Positions 53,636 through 63,153 of a stretch of 64,000 nt of DNA are shown here, piece after piece. The translations under genes and the position numbers were made by a program. The notes under the pieces are model-generated. The model was not told the origin of the DNA. It did not search any database and worked only from the letters and a program-made list of their open reading frames with translations. The DNA comes from an uncultured bacterium (lineage in GTDB: Bacteria > Desulfobacterota > DSM-4660 > Desulfatiglandales > JALVMZ01), in the NCBI GenBank assembly GCA_965613025.1, contig CBFDUE010000001.1, positions 80,591-144,590 on the forward strand. The letters are read 5' to 3'. Within the stretch, counting starts at the first letter, position 1. The number at the start of each line of letters is the position of its first letter.

Positions 53636-55660
53636 CTACTTTTTGAAATTGGGCCTTCGCTTTTCAAGAAATGCACTTATTCCCTCTTTTGCGGCCTCAG
53701 TGCATGCAATCTCTCCAAATCCCCTGTAACCTATCTCAAGTGCATCTTCCAAGGTATCTGCCTTAGCACCCTCTTCTATGGTCTTGGCTGCAATACTCAC
53801 CGCCTCTTTGCTCAATGGCTGCTTTCCTGCCATAGGCTCATCGGGAATCTGGACAGGTGGGATATCAACCTTTCCATCTGGAATCCTGGGGATATTATCC
53901 CTAATCTTTTTGATCTGATCCATTGCCTTGGAGATAAGGTCCTGAAAATCACCTGCCAGTGCATCCACCATTCCGATATTTAGTGCCTCATCCATGCTAA
54001 GCGGTCTTGCAAGGCAGATCATCTGGTGAAATATCTCTGCTCCCTTTGGCCATCTACGGTATGGAACAATGCAACCTCCTATACCAGGAAGTATTCCCAA
54101 GGTTATCTCTGGAAACTGGAATGTGGCACCTTTCAATGCCACAATGGAATGGCATCTTATAGCTATCTCCAGTCCTCCTCCTAAGGCAAGGCCATTTATT
54201 GCAGCCACTACTGGCTTTTTCATCTTGTCCATATACATCTGAACCTTGGCACAGCTTCTGGAGTATTCAATGGATGCCTCCTTATTGCCCAGCATCTCAG
54301 GGAATTTTCCAATATCTGCACCTGCACTAAATGCCCTGGTTCCATAACCAGTTATGATAAATCCGGAGGTCTGTGGGTCGTCTTCAAATCTCTGAAGCAC
54401 ATCCAATATCTCCATGTTGAGCTCATCATTAAGTGCATTTAATGCCTGAGGCCTTCGTATGGTAATTATCTTAACCCCATCCATCTCATCTACCAATATA
54501 TAGCGGTAGAAGTCCTGATAATAGGAAAAGGGCTCCTTAGGAGTAGGGAATCCCGGTCTATCTGAAAGAAATCTATCCATCACTCTCTTTACCTCATCCT
54601 CTCCAAGCTCTTTCATTATATCCATGGGCCCCTTTTTAAAACCCAATGCTATCTGGCATCCAAAGTTAAGATCCGCCTTTGTGCCTATGCCTCTGTCAAT
54701 AATATCAAAGCTCTGAGAAAAAAGGATTCCCAGAAGTCTATCCCTTATCTTCCTTCTGTTTGCCTCATCCACCTCCACCTTGGCCCCTGGTCTATGGGTC
54801 TTCCATCTCTCAACTGAGGCAAGGATCTTGGCGGGTCTGTAGTGCTCCCCCTCTTCCATCTGTAGGGTATTGGTCTCTATGATTATGGGATTTCCGTTTG
54901 CAAGATTTAGCACATAAAATGGGCCTGCTGCCACAAACTCCTCAGCCACCTTATCTATCTCAGAGCAGGTGGAATCTGGAAGAAGATATGCCGCCTCGTT
55001 GCACCAGTTATCAAACACCCTGTCCAGCATAAAACATATGGCATTGTCTGTTATAAGGGGCACTTTTCCCGTATTTACAAAAAACCAGCAGAGATAATCC
55101 ACCACATCCCTGTCTACCTTATCCCATACTATCACCTCAACGGGCAGACTTCTCCACGCTGGTGCAAAGAAATGGGTAATGGTTGTCCTCTGCGGCCTTT
55201 TCATCTTATTGAAGATCCTGTCTGCAGGTATGGAACTGGTGTTGGAAGTTATTATGGTTTCGTCTGATACAATTGCCTCTATCTTTTCAAATATCTGCTG
55301 CTTTAAAGGGATGTTTTCTGTTGCTGCCTCAATTACAAGATCGCACCTTGAGATCTCATTATAATCCAGAGTATACACAATATTTTCCAACACCCTTTTT
55401 GCCTTATCCTCCTTCATCTTTCTCTTCTCTACTGCCTTCTTAGCATAACCTTCAAGTCGTGCCTTTGCCGCATTGAGCTGACTTTCAACCACATCCACAA
55501 GATAGAGCCTTATCTCAGGGAGTGCACTCTTAATATAATATCCGATATCTGGTCCAATAGTCCCTGCGCCAATAATTGCCACTTCCTTTGGCATGGGCCT
55601 GTCTATCTTTAAGAGCAATGGGTTTTGAAACTTGGGATATAATCTCTTAATGGTATCCAT
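53636..55660 (-). CDS. Fused 3-hydroxyacyl-CoA dehydrogenase (N-terminal) / enoyl-CoA hydratase (C-terminal)
   Basis: 674 aa. Rossmann IIGAGTIGPDIG, SNTSS and HFFAPA. The crotonase half has FSAGADI and INGLALGGGLEIA. Domain order is the reverse of FadB. Confidence 0.85.
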   Translation of the reverse strand: MDTIKRLYPKFQNPLLLKIDRPMPKEVAIIGAGTIGPDIGYYIKSALPEIRLYLVDVVESQLNAAKARLEGYAKKAVEKRKMKEDKAKRVLENIVYTLDYNEISRCDLVIEAATENIPLKQQIFEKIEAIVSDETIITSNTSSIPADRIFNKMKRPQRTTITHFFAPAWRSLPVEVIVWDKVDRDVVDYLCWFFVNTGKVPLITDNAICFMLDRVFDNWCNEAAYLLPDSTCSEIDKVAEEFVAAGPFYVLNLANGNPIIIETNTLQMEEGEHYRPAKILASVERWKTHRPGAKVEVDEANRRKIRDRLLGILFSQSFDIIDRGIGTKADLNFGCQIALGFKKGPMDIMKELGEDEVKRVMDRFLSDRPGFPTPKEPFSYYQDFYRYILVDEMDGVKIITIRRPQALNALNDELNMEILDVLQRFEDDPQTSGFIITGYGTRAFSAGADIGKFPEMLGNKEASIEYSRSCAKVQMYMDKMKKPVVAAINGLALGGGLEIAIRCHSIVALKGATFQFPEITLGILPGIGGCIVPYRRWPKGAEIFHQMICLARPLSMDEALNIGMVDALAGDFQDLISKAMDQIKKIRDNIPRIPDGKVDIPPVQIPDEPMAGKQPLSKEAVSIAAKTIEEGAKADTLEDALEIGYRGFGEIACTEAAKEGISAFLEKRRPNFKK

Positions 55661-55683
55661 AATTCTGCCTCCTTCTTGAATTT

Positions 55684-55989
55684 TTACTCTTGAGATCTTT
55701 TAACCCTGTCTTTCCAATGATCAGGTTTTCTATGCAAATGAGCAATTGCGATAATAAGAACTTCATCTTCCAATTTTTGGTAGATAATACCATAAGGAAA
55801 ACGGTGAAGTTGACATCTTCTAACATCCTTATCAAAGGGATGCCATGCATATGGAAATCTTTGTATCCGCTCTAATGTATTCAGTGCTTCCAATAAAAAT
55901 TTATATCCTAACCCAGGAGACTTTAAATTATAATATTCTATTGCTTCATCAAGCTCTATCTGAGCAATTTCTAAGAATCTAATTTTCAT
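55684..55989 (-). CDS. Type II toxin, ParE/RelE superfamily
   Basis: 101 aa. MKIRFLEIAQIELDEAIEYY...RFPYGIIYQ...VLIIAIAHLHRKP is a typical plasmid-stabilisation toxin pattern. Overlaps the antitoxin gene by 11 nt. Confidence 0.75.
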   Translation of the reverse strand: MKIRFLEIAQIELDEAIEYYNLKSPGLGYKFLLEALNTLERIQRFPYAWHPFDKDVRRCQLHRFPYGIIYQKLEDEVLIIAIAHLHRKPDHWKDRVKRSQE

Positions 55990-56203
55990 CTAAATAGCGA
56001 GAGAGGACCTCCTTAAGTGGGACAGCCTTTATCTTCCCTTGTTGATAGGCCTTTAATCTATCTTCCACCTCTTTACGCCATAGTGCATCAATTTCTCTAT
56101 CTGGTTGATCAAGACTGGAAAGCAGACGATCTACAATTTTAGCCCTTTCTATTGCAGGAAGCCCTAATGCATTTTTCAATATCTGATTACTGTCTCCTGA
56201 CAT
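55979..56203 (-). CDS. Antitoxin, putative addiction-module component
   Basis: I prefer ATG 56203 (GGAGGG upstream; MSGDSNQILKNALGLPAIERAKIVDRLLSSL...ALWRKEVEDRL). The alternative ATG 56221 would form an ATGA overlap with the upstream molybdoenzyme gene. Confidence 0.7.
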   Translation of the reverse strand: MSGDSNQILKNALGLPAIERAKIVDRLLSSLDQPDREIDALWRKEVEDRLKAYQQGKIKAVPLKEVLSRYLDEN

Positions 56204-56217
56204 AGGATACCCTCCGA

Positions 56218-58617
56218 TCATCTTTTATCCCTAAGGGCAGAAAAGATCTTCTCTGGAGTAATTGGTAATGATGTAATTCTAACTCCAATGGCATCATATA
56301 TGGCATTTGCAATTGCAGGAGCTGCTGGCACCAGTCCTGGCTCACCCACCCCTTTTGCACCAAATGGGCCTTTCTCCTCATCACTTTCAATGAATTCCAC
56401 ATCAATGGGAAAGTCCATATCTGCGCTTGAAAATATCTTATAGTCTAAGAGATCAGGATTAATATTTCTTCCCTGCTCCCTCTTGTAGTCCTCACTCAAT
56501 GCATATCCTAAGCCCATCACCAGCCCTCCAATTACCTGCCCCCTGAGGGTCTGTCTGTTTATCACCCTTCCCACATCATGTGCTGCCACAAAGTGGAGGA
56601 CCCTTACTTTACCCGTTTCCAGATCCACCTCCACCTCTGCTCCTTGAGATCCAAATATGTATGCCTCAGAGAGATTTCCCCTGGAAGTCTTCATGTCAAT
56701 CATCTCATTTTCAGGGTCAAAGAAGGCCTCCACAGTAATCATCTTTCCATTACTTCTATAATGCGCTTCTCTGAGGATCTCATCCAGCCTAACCCTCAAT
56801 AACCTATTTTCCGGCTCTTCTTTCAGATATATATAGTTTTCCTTTAGATCAAATTCTGAAGGATCGCAAACCCTTTCATAGTCAAGTTCAGGGATCTGAA
56901 AATCAGGATCCCTTTTCTTCTGTTTTTGAAGATTTCTATATACCCTTTTCATAAAGTGTGCAGATGCAAGCTCAAATATCTGCTCCCTTGCCTTCTGTGA
57001 AGCCATAATAACTGCCTTACATGAGGTATATGCCCCCCTGCTTGCATGGGTTCCCACATCCCAGGGGCATATATCGGTATCTCCTGTAACTATCCTGACC
57101 TTATCAGGAGTTACTCCCAATGCCTCTGCAGTCGCCACCACAAGTGCTGCTTCAAATCCCTGCCCCATCTCCACTCCTCCGGATATAACCGATACATTTC
57201 CAAAGTCATCCAGCTTGAGTATCACACCTGTGGCATCAGATCTATATACCCTTGCACCTCCTCCAGTGTGAATCAGAGATGCCATCCCCACTCCCCTTGC
57301 CTTTCCGTCTGAGATCCTCTTCTTGCCCCTCTTCTCTTTCCAGTTAAGCCTTTCTGCGACCTTTTCCATACACTCTTTCAGTCCACATGAACCTATCTTC
57401 AAACCCATAGGTGTCTCTTCACCTGGCTCATTTCTGTTTATCATCCTCAGTTCCAGAGGATCTATCCCCGCCTCTTCTGCCAGTTGATCCAAGTTGCTCT
57501 CCACAAAAAATGTGGCCTGGGGATTACCATATCCCCTCATGGCCTGGCAAAAGGTATTATTTGTATATACACATCGGGCATCAAAAAATACATTTGGGAC
57601 CCTGTAAAGGGAGGTAATCGGAAGCATCATAACTGAAGGGGTGGTAGCACCCCAAGAGGTATATGCACCATTGTCAAGGACCATTCTCACCTCTCTGAAA
57701 AGCAGCCTTCCATTTTCATCACACCCCTGAACCACCGTGCCTTTAACAGGTTGTCTTGGAGAGGTCGCACTGAATTCTTCCTCTCTTGTAAATACGATCT
57801 TAACAGGCCTTCCTGTCCTATATGCAAGCAATATGGCAATATATTCATATGCATGGGTATCCAGGCCAGAGCCAAAACCTCCTCCTAAGGTAGGGACCAG
57901 AACCCTTACATTCTTTCCTCTGAGGCCCATTAACTCAAGGGCCCTTTTAAAATCATTTTGAGCAAGAAAGGGAATCTGGGTCTTGGTAATAATCCTCAGA
58001 TTATTATTAAGATCAAACTCTGCAATACACCCTGCTGTTCCCATACAGACATGGTGCATGATCTGGGTCTCATAACTTCCTTCAGCTATATACTTTGCCC
58101 TCCTCTTTGCCTCATCCAGATTGCCGCTACTAAATCTCCATCTTATGGGAAGATAGTTATCCTTCTTAGGTTTCCCCCTTGGATCCAATTCATGCACTAA
58201 TGGAGCACCTTCCTTCAATGCATCTTCAGGGCTAAATACCCCCGGGAGCTCCTCATATTCAACCTCTATCAATTCCACCGCCTCTTCAGCAATCTCTGGA
58301 TCCAATGCAGCAACCGCTGCCACTTCATCCCTGAATTGTCTCACCTTGTCCTTTTTAAGAACAGGATTGTCCTTCAAAAACCCTATCCTTATCTCAGGTG
58401 TATTAAACCCTGTAATAACCGCCTTAACTCCAGGAAGCCTCTCTGCCTTTGAGGTATCTACCCTGACTATCCTTGCATGTGCATAATCACTAAACTTTAT
58501 CTTTCCATAAAGCATTCCAGGCCTTTCCATATCATGGATATACTGTGCCCTTCCTGCCACCTTATCTATGGCATCTGGTCTGGGAATCTCTTTACCTACA
58601 AAGGAAAACTGGCTCAT
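56218..58617 (-). CDS. XDH/CODH-family molybdopterin-binding large subunit
   Basis: 799 aa. Aldehyde oxidase/xanthine dehydrogenase a/b-hammerhead and Mo-binding domains (GKIKFSDYAHARIV, GGGFGSG, GVGEPGLVPAAPAIANAI). Confidence 0.8.
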   Translation of the reverse strand: MSQFSFVGKEIPRPDAIDKVAGRAQYIHDMERPGMLYGKIKFSDYAHARIVRVDTSKAERLPGVKAVITGFNTPEIRIGFLKDNPVLKKDKVRQFRDEVAAVAALDPEIAEEAVELIEVEYEELPGVFSPEDALKEGAPLVHELDPRGKPKKDNYLPIRWRFSSGNLDEAKRRAKYIAEGSYETQIMHHVCMGTAGCIAEFDLNNNLRIITKTQIPFLAQNDFKRALELMGLRGKNVRVLVPTLGGGFGSGLDTHAYEYIAILLAYRTGRPVKIVFTREEEFSATSPRQPVKGTVVQGCDENGRLLFREVRMVLDNGAYTSWGATTPSVMMLPITSLYRVPNVFFDARCVYTNNTFCQAMRGYGNPQATFFVESNLDQLAEEAGIDPLELRMINRNEPGEETPMGLKIGSCGLKECMEKVAERLNWKEKRGKKRISDGKARGVGMASLIHTGGGARVYRSDATGVILKLDDFGNVSVISGGVEMGQGFEAALVVATAEALGVTPDKVRIVTGDTDICPWDVGTHASRGAYTSCKAVIMASQKAREQIFELASAHFMKRVYRNLQKQKKRDPDFQIPELDYERVCDPSEFDLKENYIYLKEEPENRLLRVRLDEILREAHYRSNGKMITVEAFFDPENEMIDMKTSRGNLSEAYIFGSQGAEVEVDLETGKVRVLHFVAAHDVGRVINRQTLRGQVIGGLVMGLGYALSEDYKREQGRNINPDLLDYKIFSSADMDFPIDVEFIESDEEKGPFGAKGVGEPGLVPAAPAIANAIYDAIGVRITSLPITPEKIFSALRDKR

Positions 58618-58622
58618 AGCAC

Positions 58623-59108
58623 CTACTCCTCTTCTTTTTCTTTAATCTTTTCTGAAGCGGCCTTAATGGATTCCACAATCTGAACATATCCCGTACATCT
58701 ACACAGATTCCCTGATATTCCTCTACGAATCTCCTCTTCACTGGGATCTGGATTTTCCTCTAAAAGGGCATATGCTGACATGATCATTCCAGGTGTGCAA
58801 AATCCACATTGAACCCCACCATGCTTTACAAATGCCTCCTGAATAGGATGCATCCTGTTATTCTCCCCTATAAGACCTTCGATGGTAAGCACTCTCTTTC
58901 CCTCAACTTCAAAGGCAGGATAGAGGCATGAACTGACACTTACTCCATCCACAATCACCGTGCATGCCCCACACTCCCCATGACCACACCCTATCTTTGT
59001 CCCTGTTAGCTTCAAGGTGTCTCTTAGAACATCCACAAGCATCTGGTGAGATTCCACCTCAACCCTTATATCCTGCCCATTGAGATTAAAGCTTATCTCC
59101 TTTTTCAT
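58623..59108 (-). CDS. XDH/CODH-family small subunit, 2x[2Fe-2S]
   Basis: Start moved to ATG 59108 (GGGAGG upstream). [19 protein letters not shown] and CRCTGY motifs. Confidence 0.85.
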   Translation of the reverse strand: MKKEISFNLNGQDIRVEVESHQMLVDVLRDTLKLTGTKIGCGHGECGACTVIVDGVSVSSCLYPAFEVEGKRVLTIEGLIGENNRMHPIQEAFVKHGGVQCGFCTPGMIMSAYALLEENPDPSEEEIRRGISGNLCRCTGYVQIVESIKAASEKIKEKEEE

Positions 59109-59113
59109 CCCAC

Positions 59114-59977
59114 TTACCTCCCTGAAGCTGCCTTTTTCCATGCATCTTCTATAACCCTTTTAACAAGCACTCCTGCCATATGCCTTCTATACTCTTCAGT
59201 GGCTCTCACATCAGTTATAGGGCTTACAAGCCCTTCCACTTTCTCCCCTATGGCTTCCAGTAGATCCCTATCTATCTTATTGCCCAGAAGCATCTCTTCC
59301 ACCTCCCGGAGCCTTAAAGGGGTTGGAGCTACAGCACCCACTGAGATTCTACATTCTTTGCAGATATTATCTTCCACCCTCATCCACGAAGCCGCATTTA
59401 CTATGGCAATGTCCATGGAAAGCCTTCCCAGTTTAAAGAAACTACTCACCCCCCTTGCCTTATCTTTTCTTATAACTAAAGAGTAAATTATCTCACCCTC
59501 CTGTAGGGCAGTAACTCCAGGACCTTTAAAGAAATCAGAGATAGATATTACCCTCTTTCCACCCTTTCCCAAAATTTCAAGCTCTGCATCCAAGACCATC
59601 AACGGAGGGGCAGAATCTGCAGAGGGTGCTGCATTTCCAATATTACCCCCTATGGTTGCCATATTTCTTATCTGGGGATTGGCAAGCTGATACACCGCAT
59701 TCCAGAGGCATGGATATCTCTCTTTAATGCCACTGTGTCTTTCAAGCTCCCTAAGGGTGGTCATACTTCCAATTACGAGCTCTCCATTTTCCTTTATCCC
59801 TCCGAGTTCATCTATGTTTCTAAGGGATATGAGCGCTGATGGAGAGATCGCCCTCTTCTTTATCTTGATCAATATATCAGTTCCCCCTGCAATATACTCT
59901 GCCTCCTTACCATATCTCTCTTTTAACTCAAATGCCTCTTCAATCGCTCTGGGCCTTAGATATTCAAATCTCTTCAT
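59114..59977 (-). CDS. XDH/CODH-family FAD-binding medium subunit
   Basis: 287 aa. AGGTDIL and [16 protein letters not shown] motifs. No Cys-rich insertion. Confidence 0.8.
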   Translation of the reverse strand: MKRFEYLRPRAIEEAFELKERYGKEAEYIAGGTDILIKIKKRAISPSALISLRNIDELGGIKENGELVIGSMTTLRELERHSGIKERYPCLWNAVYQLANPQIRNMATIGGNIGNAAPSADSAPPLMVLDAELEILGKGGKRVISISDFFKGPGVTALQEGEIIYSLVIRKDKARGVSSFFKLGRLSMDIAIVNAASWMRVEDNICKECRISVGAVAPTPLRLREVEEMLLGNKIDRDLLEAIGEKVEGLVSPITDVRATEEYRRHMAGVLVKRVIEDAWKKAASGR

Positions 59978-59986
59978 GGCATTCTC

Positions 59987-61291
59987 CTATTCCTCTCTGT
60001 GGTCAAATACCCTTTTACTCTTTCTCTCTGAACGGGGAAGGCTTCCATAGTCCACAATCTCTACATCCGCACTTACAAGGATAGCCTTCTTTATCTCCTC
60101 CTTGATCAATCCTGAAATCTCCCTGTCCCTTGAAGGATCCCCCCCTTCAATTCTTTCCACCTTAATGGTCATAAAGTCCTTTCCATCCTGCCTGTATAGG
60201 TGGATCTGATACTCACTTCCAATTCCATTAATCTGTGATAGAACATGATCCACCTGGCCAGGGTATATATTTACCGCCCTGAATATGATCATATCATCTG
60301 ATCTTCCAAGTATCCTGTCATGCCGTGGAAAGATAGAGCCACATTCACATCTTCCAGGAATCAGGCGACTTAGATCCCTGGTTCTGTATCTAATAAGAGG
60401 AGCTGCCTCTTTTCTGAGGGTAGTTACTACCATCTCACCGGTCTCTCCCTCTGACACAGGCTCAAGGGTTTCTGGATCCACAATCTCAAGGATATAGTAG
60501 TCTGCCCAGTAGTGGATCCCAGTGTGATACACACAGTCAAGCCCGGTTCCAGGGCCATATAGCTCTGTCATTCCAGGAATATCAAACATATGCTCTAAGC
60601 CGAGCAACTCTTTTATTCTCCTTCTCATTGCGTCACTGGATCTTTCAGATCCAAAGATCATCTTCTTAAGTGCAATCTTATCCCTTATTCCACGTCTGTT
60701 AACCTCTTCTGCCATCAAAAGTCCCATGGATGCAGTGCAACAAAGCACCGTAGATTGAAAATCCATCAAAAATTCACACTGCATGTCCATATTTCCTGGT
60801 CCAATGGGAATGGCCATTGCACCAAATCTTTCGCATGCCATCTGAAACCCTGCTCCTGCTGTCCAAACCCCATATCCCACAGCTATCTGAACCCTGTCTT
60901 CTTCCGTGAGCTCTGCCATCTCATAGCAACGTGCAAAGAAATTCATCCAATCATCAATATCCTTCTGTGTGTAACATAGCACCTTTCTCTTTCCTGTGGT
61001 TCCAGAGGATGCATGAATTCTTACCACATCCTTAAGTGGCACAGAGAGCAGTGGATAGGGATACCCGGCCCTCAGATCATCTGCCGTGGTAAAGGGAAGC
61101 CTGCGAATGTCATCCAGACTCTTTATATCCTCAGGTCTCACTCCAGCCTTATCCAGCTTTTCCCTATAAAACTCACTTCCCCTATATGCATGCTCAACAG
61201 TCCACCTGAGCCCCTGAAGCTGTATCTCCTTAAGCTCCTCTTCGTCCTTTATATCTGGCATAAAGCTCCTCTTCATAACATATCCCCCCAT
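59987..61291 (-). CDS. Phenylacetate-CoA-ligase-like (PaaK/F390 synthetase family) aryl-acetate CoA ligase
   Basis: 434 aa (start uncertain: 61291, 61276 or 61261). LRWTVEHAYRGSEFYREKLDKAGV...IRRLPFTTADDLR, HASSGTTGKRKV, and a C-terminal pattern typical of PaaK. Confidence 0.8.
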   Translation of the reverse strand: MGGYVMKRSFMPDIKDEEELKEIQLQGLRWTVEHAYRGSEFYREKLDKAGVRPEDIKSLDDIRRLPFTTADDLRAGYPYPLLSVPLKDVVRIHASSGTTGKRKVLCYTQKDIDDWMNFFARCYEMAELTEEDRVQIAVGYGVWTAGAGFQMACERFGAMAIPIGPGNMDMQCEFLMDFQSTVLCCTASMGLLMAEEVNRRGIRDKIALKKMIFGSERSSDAMRRRIKELLGLEHMFDIPGMTELYGPGTGLDCVYHTGIHYWADYYILEIVDPETLEPVSEGETGEMVVTTLRKEAAPLIRYRTRDLSRLIPGRCECGSIFPRHDRILGRSDDMIIFRAVNIYPGQVDHVLSQINGIGSEYQIHLYRQDGKDFMTIKVERIEGGDPSRDREISGLIKEEIKKAILVSADVEIVDYGSLPRSERKSKRVFDHREE

Positions 61292-61297
61292 AAGATC

Positions 61298-62605
61298 TTA
61301 TTTATATGCCATCTTAGGAATTAAGAGCACGATATCTGGCACCAGGATTATGATCAGTATGGCCACAATGCATGCAATGAGAAAGAAGCTGGCACTCTTA
61401 AATATGGTAGAGAGCTCTATCTCCGGTGCCAAGGCCTTTACCACATATATGTTTACACCCACAGGAGGGGTGATTGCACCCACCGTGGTAATCATTGTCA
61501 AAATCACTGAATACCATAGAGGGTCAAATCCCAGCCTCATGCCTAAGGGGAAAAATATGGGAATGGTTAGCACTAAGAAACCCAATGCATCCATAAAACA
61601 GCCACCAATAAGGTATATAAATAGTATCCCGGACAAAATTATATAGGGATGCACAGGCAGAGATGCCACAAACTCAGCCACATGGAAGGGAAGCCTGGTT
61701 ACTGCCAAAAACCTTCCAAATATAATGGCACCTGTAACCAAGAAAAATACCATGCTGGATATCTTCAATGTATCCATAATCCCTTTTAAAAAGCCATTCC
61801 ATGTAAATCTACCTGTAACGATTGTGGCAATCAGGGCAAAAAAGACCCCCGCAGCACCTGCCTCTGTGGGTGTGAATATCCCCTTATAAAGTCCACCGAT
61901 AATCAGCACAAATATACACACCGCCTCTATGACATTGGTAAGAGATCTTATCTTCTCTTTAAATGAAAATTTAGGCCCTGCTGGCCCAAAGGAGGGATTA
62001 ATTCTACACATAAGCACAATGGTAATTACAAATAGGAACCCCATCAAAATTCCTGGAAGTATCCCTCCTAAGAACAGCTTTATTATGGACTGCTCAGTCT
62101 GAAGTCCAATAATGATCATAACCACACTGGGAGGCATAACAGTGCCAATGGTCCCACCAGTTACAATGGTCCCGCTGCTGAGTCTATTATCGTAGTTATA
62201 TTTTATCATCTGAGGGAGTGCCACAGCACCCATAGTGGCAGCAGTGGCAGTGTTGGAACCACAGATTGCGGCAAAGAGCTCATCTGCACCAATTGTTGCA
62301 ATTGCAAGCCCCCCTCTCCAGTGTCCAAACCATTTATATGCAGCCTCATATAGTCTTTCAGCAAGTCCTGAATAAAAGGCGATATATCCCAAAAGCACAA
62401 AGAGGGGAATCACAGTAAGACCATAGGATGAAAAGGTGCTCCAGATATCAGCTCCCACCATGGTGATTGCAGCCTTAAAAGAGGTTACATACCAAAAGCC
62501 ACAAAATCCCACCAGTCCCATAGCAAAACCAACTGGCATACCCAATAAAAACAGTATCAGAAGCAGGATCAAAATTCCAAGTATCCCAACTACTGTTGCA
62601 CTCAC
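61298..62605 (-). CDS. dctM: TRAP transporter large permease
   Basis: 435 aa, about 12 TM helices, typical DctM composition. 4-nt overlap with dctQ. Confidence 0.85.
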   Translation of the reverse strand: MSATVVGILGILILLLILFLLGMPVGFAMGLVGFCGFWYVTSFKAAITMVGADIWSTFSSYGLTVIPLFVLLGYIAFYSGLAERLYEAAYKWFGHWRGGLAIATIGADELFAAICGSNTATAATMGAVALPQMIKYNYDNRLSSGTIVTGGTIGTVMPPSVVMIIIGLQTEQSIIKLFLGGILPGILMGFLFVITIVLMCRINPSFGPAGPKFSFKEKIRSLTNVIEAVCIFVLIIGGLYKGIFTPTEAGAAGVFFALIATIVTGRFTWNGFLKGIMDTLKISSMVFFLVTGAIIFGRFLAVTRLPFHVAEFVASLPVHPYIILSGILFIYLIGGCFMDALGFLVLTIPIFFPLGMRLGFDPLWYSVILTMITTVGAITPPVGVNIYVVKALAPEIELSTIFKSASFFLIACIVAILIIILVPDIVLLIPKMAYK

Positions 62606-63093
62606 CTGGCATTCTCCTTTTGAAAGATACTTTTAAGGAGCTCCACAAAAAACACAAATGCCAATGCCCCGCAGCCAAAGGCCGTGGCATAGGAAAAGGG
62701 ATAGTATATGATCCGCAGAGTCTCAGATACCTCACCGGTATCTTTTAGATTGGTTGCAAATCTTGCTATCTGATATGTGGCAAAAGAAAAGAATATGAAA
62801 AGCAATATGGAATTAATCGCATCTGTAACCCTCTTTAATCCTTTTGGAAATCTCATTACCACAATATCTACCGCAATATGCCCCTTGCTTAGCTGGGTAT
62901 ATCCCAATGCAAATGCAGTAACTACAGCACCAAAATATCCCATCAGTTCAAATGTTCCCCTTATGGGAAACCAAACAGTCCTCAGAAATATATTTGCACA
63001 GGTAAGCAGTATCATAAGACATAGAAATACTCCACCTATCCATACAAGCACCCTGTTTAAGAGGTTGGAGAATCTATCTAATAGCTTCAACAT
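62602..63093 (-). CDS. dctQ: TRAP transporter small permease
   Basis: 163 aa, 4 TM helices, adjacent to dctM and dctP. Confidence 0.8.
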   Translation of the reverse strand: MLKLLDRFSNLLNRVLVWIGGVFLCLMILLTCANIFLRTVWFPIRGTFELMGYFGAVVTAFALGYTQLSKGHIAVDIVVMRFPKGLKRVTDAINSILLFIFFSFATYQIARFATNLKDTGEVSETLRIIYYPFSYATAFGCGALAFVFFVELLKSIFQKENAR

Positions 63094-63153
63094 CTTATAT
63101 CTTCCTCTTTTCTCCCCAGGCCATATGGCCTGGGGAGAATCTAATTATACAGA

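Noticed and set aside
56218-59977. Calling the three-subunit molybdoenzyme 4-hydroxybenzoyl-CoA reductase (HcrABC).
   Set aside because: The FAD subunit lacks the Cys-rich [4Fe-4S] insertion characteristic of HcrB. The gene order is medium-small-large, as in CoxMSL-type enzymes, and the adjacent ligase is PaaK-type.
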